From the NCBI GenBank assembly GCA_046758965.1, contig JBHIBG010000083.1, positions 1 to 12,457 of the forward strand: a stretch of 12,457 bases of DNA, given 5' to 3'. The notes below the pieces were generated by a model. That model was not told the origin of the DNA and did not search any database. It worked only from the letters and a program-made list of their open reading frames with translations. Within the stretch, counting starts at the first letter, position 1; each line of letters opens with the position of its first letter. The DNA is from Candidatus Methylomirabilia bacterium. Its GTDB lineage: Bacteria > Methylomirabilota > Methylomirabilia > Rokubacteriales > CSP1-6. A program made the translations under genes and the position numbers. Below, in pieces: positions 6,372 to 12,457 of this stretch.

Positions 6372-8399
6372 TCAAAATCGGAACGAGAACCCTGTGAGGA
6401 GGTGGTGAGTGTTGAGGTCCGTTTCCACCGTCGTCTCCCCGCCGGGATCCCGGAATTTGACTTTGGGCCGGAAGTGCGTGAACCGAGATTCCGCGAAGAC
6501 CGCCACATTCTTGTGGAACTGCCAGGAGAGGCCCGCGCCCACTTTCACCCCCACAGAGACGTCGGTGTCAGATTGGTTGCTGGGCGGGCCGAAGTTCGTG
6601 GTGTCGTCGACGGTCGCGATGAAGATCGCCGGCCCGACGGTGAGGTACGGCCGAAAGTGGCCCTTCGTGAGCCGGCTGCTCTTCAACGACGGGCCCCGAA
6701 GCATCAAGTCGAAGGAAATGGTTCTGATCACAATATCACTGTGGGCGAGCGGGAACGGGAAGCTGGAGCCGAGAACGGTGACGGTAGCCGTCTGCGGGTT
6801 GATATCTGGCCGGTACTGAAACACGTCCAGGGCCAGACCGAGGAACGGTGCGACGTTCAGCCACAGGCCGAAACGGCCGCCAAAGGAGAGGGAGGAGTCA
6901 AAGTCGACGTCGCTGAACATCTCCGCTACGGGGTCCGGGGAGGGGACACCGAGTACGGTGCTGGTGGTGACGGTCAAATCTTGCTCTTGAGTGATGGCCG
7001 CCCCGAGGTAGAGATCCGCGAACCACTCAGCCGAAGAGAGCAATGGACCTGGCCCTCCCTTCCTCCGGTCTACGAACGTGCGACCGAAATGGTAGGACAG
7101 CTCGAGCTGGATCAGGTCATCCCGGCGTTGGTCGAATAGCAGATCACCTGGGCGTGCCCCGGTGAGAAATCTGGCCTCGATGTCCGCACTCCAGTTGCCG
7201 CCGAGCCGTCGGCTGGCCTCGAGGAAGAAGTTCCGTGCCGGGCTGTCCAGGTCTTGGATCAGGCCAGCGAGCAACTGCGTGTCATCGACGTCATTGACGG
7301 CGAGCCGCAGCCCCAAGAACACGTCGCTCTCGAGCGGGGTCAGCGCCTGGTCGCCCCGGTCGTCGAACAAGTGCTCACCGAGTACGCCGAGATCCATCTT
7401 GCTCCCGCCGATGCCGAAGAATGTGTACTCGAATCCGGCGACGGAGGCGAAGTATGCGTCTTCACGCCCCAGCCGGTCCTGCTGACCCGCGCGGTAGAGC
7501 CCCTCGGCCTTGAGCAGCCAGGCTCCGGTGGTGATCTGGGCGTCGAGGCTCACTTGGTCGATCTGCTCGTAGAAGGGGAGCAGGATAGGCGTACCGGACT
7601 CGTCCGCGCCCGGCAGGAATCTGGGGTCGCGGCTCGTGCCGCGGAAGTAGGAGAGGCCGAAGTCCAGCTCGCCGATGGTGTGGCTGTAGCGGGCGGCGAC
7701 GTCGAGGTGGTGCCCCTCCGATCCGCTTTCGAAGCGCGCTCGGTCCGTCTCCACCACGAGCGCCCGACGCAGCCGCCCGGCGGGCCCCGGGAAGGTTCGT
7801 TCGCGGAAGTACGGCAGGGCGAACAGATCGACCGTGCCCCACTCCCGCGGGAGCGACAAGTACACCATGGGCTGGCCGAGCTTCTCCTCGCCGTCCGGGT
7901 TTTCGACCAAATCGGTCTGGTTGACGATGTCGACCAGGTGCACCGACTCGGTGACGCCCCAAAACACCTTGTCGACACCGAGCCTGAGCTCCCAGTCGTC
8001 GCGGGTGATGAGCCACACCGCCTCGCGCAGGTCGAAGTGGGTGCGCTCCTCGTCGGCGCCGTCGTAGCGGAAAAACGGCTTCACGGTGACGCGCATGCCC
8101 GAACCCCAATCACGGGCGTAGTCCACCTCGCCCGCAATGGACGCCACGTTCTGCTCTTGCCCGGCATGGATGGGGGAAGAAGGGAATACCCGTCCTTGGA
8201 TGGATACCCTGCCGGTCACGTCGTCCTCGTGCGCCCACGCCGGCCCGAAAGTGGCCATTAAGGCGGTGAAGAGGGCGACCCGGACAAGAACTGCCGTCGG
8301 CCATGCTCGGGAGGCGAGGGCTAGCGCCTGACCCGTCTCAGGCTGCTCTTGTTGAAGTCGCGACCTGACAGCCCGGTACGAAACCTGTAGTGTTGCCAT
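6372..8399 (-). CDS. Outer-membrane protein, apparently two beta-barrels in one polypeptide; start codon uncertain
   Basis: Signal-like stretch AVLVRVALFTALMATFGPAWA|HE. First barrel (FDLREA..LGVDKVFWGVTESVHLVDIVNQTD..EKLGQPM..LPYFRERTFPG) ends DDLIQLELSYHF at 7086. Second, smaller barrel (AEWFADLYLGAA..FGGRFGLW..PYLTVGPA..VKVGAGLSWQF..FAESRFTH) ends LTGFSFRF*. The only in-frame ATG upstream of the signal stretch is 8399. Confidence 0.85.
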   Translation of the reverse strand: MATLQVSYRAVRSRLQQEQPETGQALALASRAWPTAVLVRVALFTALMATFGPAWAHEDDVTGRVSIQGRVFPSSPIHAGQEQNVASIAGEVDYARDWGSGMRVTVKPFFRYDGADEERTHFDLREAVWLITRDDWELRLGVDKVFWGVTESVHLVDIVNQTDLVENPDGEEKLGQPMVYLSLPREWGTVDLFALPYFRERTFPGPAGRLRRALVVETDRARFESGSEGHHLDVAARYSHTIGELDFGLSYFRGTSRDPRFLPGADESGTPILLPFYEQIDQVSLDAQITTGAWLLKAEGLYRAGQQDRLGREDAYFASVAGFEYTFFGIGGSKMDLGVLGEHLFDDRGDQALTPLESDVFLGLRLAVNDVDDTQLLAGLIQDLDSPARNFFLEASRRLGGNWSADIEARFLTGARPGDLLFDQRRDDLIQLELSYHFGRTFVDRRKGGPGPLLSSAEWFADLYLGAAITQEQDLTVTTSTVLGVPSPDPVAEMFSDVDFDSSLSFGGRFGLWLNVAPFLGLALDVFQYRPDINPQTATVTVLGSSFPFPLAHSDIVIRTISFDLMLRGPSLKSSRLTKGHFRPYLTVGPAIFIATVDDTTNFGPPSNQSDTDVSVGVKVGAGLSWQFHKNVAVFAESRFTHFRPKVKFRDPGGETTVETDLNTHHLLTGFSFRF

Positions 8400-9118
8400 A
8401 TGAGCTCGGTGCTCTTGCCGGTCTGGTGGTTCCGCATCACGAATTTCTTGGCGCGCCAGTGCTTGCGGAGATAGACCCTGTAACCGCCGACAGTGAGCGT
8501 CTTCAGCAAAGCGCCTTTGCGATCGTAGTAGTCGATCCGAAAGGGCCGATAGGTTTTGCGTTCCATCCAGATGACCTGCCGGCTGTACCCGGACTTCTTA
8601 TCGGTCGGATAGCTCTCGATGACGAAGCAGGAGAGTTTCTTGGCGCCCGGGCAGGGCTCGTCGCGCAGCCATTTGTAGGTGTACTTCTCGACCTCCCGGC
8701 TGGACAGATCCTCGTAGGCGAACTCGCTCCCGACGAAGGGGCCGGATTTGTTGCTGGAACTGATGCGCTTGACCCGCTTCAAGGCCGGCAGGTAGAGCCA
8801 TTGGTCATCGCTGCCGGTCCTGTGCGTAAAGGTCAAGAGGGCAGTGCCGTTGATGGCCCGGGGCCAGCTGAAGACGTTCAAACTCTTGTCGCCATCATTG
8901 AGCGTCTCGAGCCTGCGGTGGGTGAACGTGCGGATGCTCTCCCGGCCCCGCTTATCGCGCAGGATCATCTTGCCGTCGACTGTAAAGTCACCGAAGCCCT
9001 GGTCATATGTGCGAGCCTCGATAGCGATACGCTGACCCTTCTCCTCCGGTGTTTCAGCAACGGCGAGGGTGGCATGCAAGAGGATCGCCGCGAGCATGAC
9101 TGGAACGGCACGCGTCAT
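8321..9118 (-). CDS. LolA-like outer-membrane lipoprotein-sorting-type periplasmic protein (265 aa)
   Basis: The real start is ATG 9118 (AGGAG-ACCGTC-ATG, overlapping the MMPL stop as ATGA), not 9658. Signal peptide MTRAVPVMLAAILLHATLAVA|ETPEEKG. Family motifs DGDKSL..F..P, GTALL, DDQWLYLPALKRVKRISSSNKSGPFVGSEFAYEDL, YYDRKG.LLKTL, M.NHQTGKST.L. Confidence 0.92.
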   Translation of the reverse strand: MTRAVPVMLAAILLHATLAVAETPEEKGQRIAIEARTYDQGFGDFTVDGKMILRDKRGRESIRTFTHRRLETLNDGDKSLNVFSWPRAINGTALLTFTHRTGSDDQWLYLPALKRVKRISSSNKSGPFVGSEFAYEDLSSREVEKYTYKWLRDEPCPGAKKLSCFVIESYPTDKKSGYSRQVIWMERKTYRPFRIDYYDRKGALLKTLTVGGYRVYLRKHWRAKKFVMRNHQTGKSTELIWQHYRFRTGLSGRDFNKSSLRRVRR

Positions 9119-11439
9119 GACGGTCTCCTGTCGAGCTGGATAAGCAGGGGGGGGAGCAACAAAAAGTCGGCGAGCAGGGCGGCGGCGATGGTGATCGCGC
9201 TCAGCAGCCCCATGGCGCCGTTCACGGCAAAGCCCGACATCGCGAGCACGCCGAATCCAGCGACAAGGGCCACGGAGGTGACCCATAGCGCCTTCCCGAC
9301 GTGGTGGAAGGCGAAGCGCACCGCCTCGGCCGACACCATGCCGCGCTCGCGGCGTGCGCTGAGGTACTTGGTGAGGAAATGCACGGTGTCGTCGACGACG
9401 ATCCCGAGGGTCATCGCGACGACGACTGCGATCGCGAGGTTCACCTCGATGAACAGATAGCCCCAGATCCCGAACGCCATTGCTGCCGGCACCAGGTTTG
9501 GCGCTAGGCTGATGATCCCGATCCTCGCGCTGCGTAAGACGACGATGAGGATGCCGGAGATCAGGACAAGCGCGAGGATGGTCCCGCCAAGCATACTGCG
9601 TATATTGCGCTCCGAGATGCGCGCAAAGACCATGGAGGCGCCTGTGGCCCGCGACCACATATCCGGCGCATTCTGCTGAAGCCAGGTCTCGCCCTCTGCG
9701 GCGAGCTCACGGATCCGCGCGGACGTCACGTGAACCAGAGTGACGATGACCCGAGACTCCGACTTGGCGACGTTGATCTGGCTATTGAGATCGAGTCCCA
9801 TGGGCATCGAGAGCTCGTAAAGCATCAGATATTGCGCGGCGAGCTCGCGGCTCTCCGGGATACGGTAGTACGCCGGATCGTCACCATTCATGTGTTGGTT
9901 GAGTCGCTTGATCGTGTCGCTCAGAACCGACACGTGTACGACGTTCTCCCGTTTCCGGAACCAGTTGGCAAAGGCATCCAGCTTGGCCAGGTAGTCGGGG
10001 TTCGAAACGCCCTCCTCCTCGCCTGCGGGCAGGGAGAACTCAACGGTGTGTAGGCCGGTCAGGCGATCCTCGGTGAAGTCAGTGTCCACCCGGAACTCAT
10101 AACGGTTGTCGAAATAGCGGATGAAGTCGTCGTCCAATACGATACGTCCGATGCCGCTGCTAAGCACGGCGACCACGATCGTGATCCCCAGAAGGAGCGG
10201 CCGGTGCCGCGCCACGACGAACGTGGCGAAGCGATCCACCACGGTCGCTCTCTCTCGGACTCGAGCGCCCACGCGGAGTGGCAGCACGGCCATCATCGCC
10301 GGCAGGAAGACGATCGCGTAGATGAAGGCAGCGGTCATCCCGGTTGCCACGACGTTGCCAAGTTCGCGTATTGGTGGGGAGTCGCTGAAGTTCAGGGTCA
10401 GGAACCCGATCGCCGTGGTCAAGCTGGTGACCGCAACCGGTGTCACGTTGACGCGCAGCGCTTCGATGATCGCTGTACGTTTTTCGAGGCCTTGCTCCAT
10501 CTGTTGATACAACGCCGCCAGGATATGGACACAATTCGCAACCGCAAGGGTCATGACAATGATCGGCGCCGCGGTGGTCGCGGCGTTGAGGACCAGCCCA
10601 GCCCAGCCGGCACTGCCGAGCGCGGTCATCACCGACATGAGAATGATGAGAATGGTGACGACGGTGCCGAAGACAGAACGCAAGGACGCGCCTACGATGA
10701 GGATGATCACCGCCAGCATAAGCGGCACGAGCGTTGAGGCATCGGCCCGTGCCGCCTCGGCGAAAGCCATATCGACCATGACGCCGCCGGTCAGATAGAC
10801 GTCGATCTCTGGATGCGCCGCCCGCACCTTGTCGACAAGCGTGCGCGCGAACGCGGCGACCTCCGGCACCTCGTTGAGGCTCTTGCCGGGCGTCAGCACG
10901 GTGATGGTCACCGCCGTCACATCGCCGGTCTCGGAGACGATCCGGTTGACAAGGTCCGGTCTCGTCAAGGCAATGTCGCGAACACGCGCAAGATCGTCAT
11001 CGGTCAACCGAGCCGCGCTCTCCACCAGATCCTCAACCACCAGACCGTCATCGCTGGCGTAAGTGTGCTGGAAGTTGGTGATGGAATCGACGCGACGTGA
11101 ATAGGGGGTCTGCCAGGCCTTCTCCGTCAGCTCCTCGACCACGGCGAGTGCCTCTCTGGTGAACACGTCGCCGTTCTTGGGCGCCAGGACGATCAGCACG
11201 TTCCTGTCCTTCGTGTAGGTATCTTCGAGGGCATCGAGAGCCACCCGGTCGGGGTTGTCCTTGTCGAACAGCACTCGGCTATCTGGATTGACCGTCAGGA
11301 AGCCGAGCCCGTAGGCCGCAAAGCCAGCCAGCAGAGCGGACACGAGGATGAGAGGCCATCTGAGACGGACGACCGACTCGCCGAAGGGATATCCCACGGT
11401 CTGGTGACGTGTCGTCTGGCGCCGGTCGTTATCCTTCAT
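9115..11439 (-). CDS. MMPL/RND-superfamily inner-membrane transporter (774 aa from ATG 11439; alternative GTG at 11478)
   Basis: Two-repeat RND topology (1 TM, large periplasmic loop, 5 TM, twice). Motifs PYSRRVDSITNFQH, VYLTGG, VTSLTTAIGFLTLNFSDSPP...LGN, PNLVPA, GIVVDDTVHF, GLLSAITI..AL.ADFLLLPPLL. Confidence 0.93.
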   Translation of the reverse strand: MKDNDRRQTTRHQTVGYPFGESVVRLRWPLILVSALLAGFAAYGLGFLTVNPDSRVLFDKDNPDRVALDALEDTYTKDRNVLIVLAPKNGDVFTREALAVVEELTEKAWQTPYSRRVDSITNFQHTYASDDGLVVEDLVESAARLTDDDLARVRDIALTRPDLVNRIVSETGDVTAVTITVLTPGKSLNEVPEVAAFARTLVDKVRAAHPEIDVYLTGGVMVDMAFAEAARADASTLVPLMLAVIILIVGASLRSVFGTVVTILIILMSVMTALGSAGWAGLVLNAATTAAPIIVMTLAVANCVHILAALYQQMEQGLEKRTAIIEALRVNVTPVAVTSLTTAIGFLTLNFSDSPPIRELGNVVATGMTAAFIYAIVFLPAMMAVLPLRVGARVRERATVVDRFATFVVARHRPLLLGITIVVAVLSSGIGRIVLDDDFIRYFDNRYEFRVDTDFTEDRLTGLHTVEFSLPAGEEEGVSNPDYLAKLDAFANWFRKRENVVHVSVLSDTIKRLNQHMNGDDPAYYRIPESRELAAQYLMLYELSMPMGLDLNSQINVAKSESRVIVTLVHVTSARIRELAAEGETWLQQNAPDMWSRATGASMVFARISERNIRSMLGGTILALVLISGILIVVLRSARIGIISLAPNLVPAAMAFGIWGYLFIEVNLAIAVVVAMTLGIVVDDTVHFLTKYLSARRERGMVSAEAVRFAFHHVGKALWVTSVALVAGFGVLAMSGFAVNGAMGLLSAITIAAALLADFLLLPPLLIQLDRRPS

Positions 11440-11815
11440 CCTCGAGCCGGTTTGGGCGTTGGCTCGCAACGGGCACACATTGCGGACCAGCCTTTGGCGT
11501 CATTGCCGAGCACGCGAGCATCTTTCCCCGGGCAGCTCGCTCTGGCCGACCGGCCCCGCGCGGAGCCGACCAGCGTGGGACGGGAGCTTACGCCCGGGGC
11601 TGGGAGGTGCGAATGGCCTGCCAGCGCCGCGCCCGTCGCTGGCCGCTGGGTGATGGGGGAGGGCGCAGGGGAGGGTCTGCTCCGCTCCGGGTCGCTGGCG
11701 TTCCGGAACTGAGGGGCGAGCCTTGAGGTGCTGGTAAACCGTGCAGGTTCGCGGGATGAGCAGCCCAATCGACGAATCCCGAAGCCGGCTGATCGGCCGC
11801 CGTCCGCTTCGAGGC

Positions 11816-12001
11816 ATCGTGGAGGATTCCCAGCTGGCGAAAGCCCACCTTCAATTCCAGACGGCGGTCTCCACAAGCTGAGGAGAGAAACCAGATCGAT
11901 CTCCTTGGCCACGAGGCCCGCGCGTAGCCGAACAGCTCCCGGAGCGACGCGTCCATGAGGGCCACCCCACGCCCTCTGCGGGGGGTGAGGGGGGAGACGT
12001 C
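11816..12001 (-). pseudogene. Possible frameshifted GNAT acetyltransferase remnant (C-terminal half)
   Basis: Stitching frames gives DVSPLTPRRGRGVALMDASLRELFGYARA / LVAKEIDLVS / ETA / RRLELKVGFRQLG. This follows GNAT motif A (RGRG), the ar..ga..i.l strand and the ..y.k.GF...g motif in the right order. It needs at least two frameshifts and the N-terminal half is not recognisable. Confidence 0.3.
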
Positions 12002-12142
12002 GCCGCTCCGGGGGGTATGAGCGACGCCAAGCCCCTGCCGGGAGGGCAGTCGGCGAGGGGCTGGGCCGCCTTACTGTCGGCGTCGGCGAGCCCGATCGCG
12101 GGGCCGCCTTTGGTTGACGAGGCGTTGAGGCGCCTCATGCGG
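11963..12142 (-). ncRNA. Candidate structured leader or sRNA immediately downstream of the sigma-54 promoter
   Basis: Four successive inverted repeats: 12119-12136, 12030-12062 (AGCCCCTcGCCG/CGGCAGGGGCT), 11996-12028, 11963-11987. No RNA family recognised, and high GC inflates chance hairpins. Confidence 0.25.
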
Positions 12143-12152
12143 AGTATCCAAC

Positions 12153-12169
12153 TGCAGGGAGGATGCCAA
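12153..12169 (-). promoter_or_regulatory. Sigma-54 (RpoN) -24/-12 promoter
   Basis: Minus strand TTGGCATCCTCCCTGCA: GG (12167-12166) and GC (12155-12154) are exactly 10 nt apart, close to the TGGCAC-N5-TTGCW consensus. Predicted start site ~12142, pointing toward the MMPL cassette. Confidence 0.75.
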
Positions 12170-12194
12170 ACAATCTACAGAAAACATGCTAGAA

Positions 12195-12207
12195 AATCAG
12201 CAAGTTA
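12195..12207 (+). promoter_or_regulatory. Integration host factor (IHF) binding site
   Basis: AATCAGCAAGTTA matches WATCAR-N4-TTR and has A-tracts on its 5' side. It lies about -53 to -65 from the predicted sigma-54 start. An overlapping near-match TATCAACGTTTCG is at 12206-12218. Confidence 0.65.
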
Positions 12208-12242
12208 TCAACGTTTCGAACGAAGAGGGAGGGGCCACTACC

Positions 12243-12274
12243 AGCCAGACTGGCAGCCGTTGCCAGCCTGGCAA
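12243..12274. promoter_or_regulatory. Tandem palindromic upstream activator sites (putative enhancer-binding-protein sites)
   Basis: aGCCAG-A-CTGGCa (12243-12255) and perfect TTGCCAG-C-CTGGCAA (12260-12274). They share the core GCCAGnCTGGC, their centres are 18 bp apart, and they lie about -100 to -130 from the predicted start. Confidence 0.65.
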
Positions 12275-12457
12275 GGGCAGGGAGCCAACCTTCCCCAAAC
12301 CGCTAGATCAAATCGTTCAGCCGGTTACCCAGGAGTTGGTGGACGGGGGAGAGCGCCACCGCGGCGGACGGCACAAAGATCACGACTCGTCGAGGCGTGG
12401 CGGTGAGGCGAGGCTGTGTCTGGCAGGGTGTCGAAAAGACCGCTCAGCGTTCTAAAC

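Noticed and set aside
9119..9658. N-terminal extension of the 445-aa ORF 8321..9658
   Set aside because: Overlaps the MMPL gene in another frame and is low-complexity Arg/His-rich. The ribosome-binding site and signal peptide point to ATG 9118.
11851..12138. 95-aa minus-strand ORF starting just after the predicted sigma-54 start site
   Set aside because: Pro/Ala/Gly/Ser-rich with no domain signal and no ribosome-binding site. Leaderless translation cannot be excluded but nothing supports it.
12017..12455. Plus-strand ORFs 12017..12406 and 12186..12455
   Set aside because: They run across the promoter, IHF and palindromic sites and show no protein-like motifs.
1..12457. CRISPR array, tRNA/rRNA, transposase, integrase or phage genes
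   Set aside because: No regularly spaced repeats, cloverleaf, terminal inverted repeats or mobile-element motifs were seen on either strand.

Overview
GC-rich, diderm-type bacterial DNA. Every credible gene is on the minus strand. In transcription order (right to left): (1) a sigma-54 promoter architecture (-24/-12 at 12153-12169, IHF site at 12195-12207, two palindromic activator-like sites at 12243-12274); (2) a ~700-nt leader with stacked hairpins and a possible decayed GNAT remnant; (3) a three-gene trans-envelope cassette (MMPL/RND permease, LolA-like periplasmic protein, and an outer-membrane protein that appears to be two beta-barrels fused in tandem); (4) a NarL/LuxR regulator with an atypical receiver; (5) a NarL-type receiver-only ORF whose HTH seems to survive as a frameshifted remnant; (6) a STAS-GNAT fusion 5 nt upstream of a membrane-GAF-PAS hybrid histidine kinase; (7) an exported beta-solenoid-like protein, absent from the ORF track, that runs off the left edge. 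Best candidate for an undescribed system: a sigma-54-controlled lipophilic-molecule export cassette linked to an acyltransferase and a membrane sensor kinase. That link is inferred from gene neighbourhood only. No rRNA, tRNA, CRISPR array or mobile element was seen. All domain calls are by-eye motif recognition; no database search was run.
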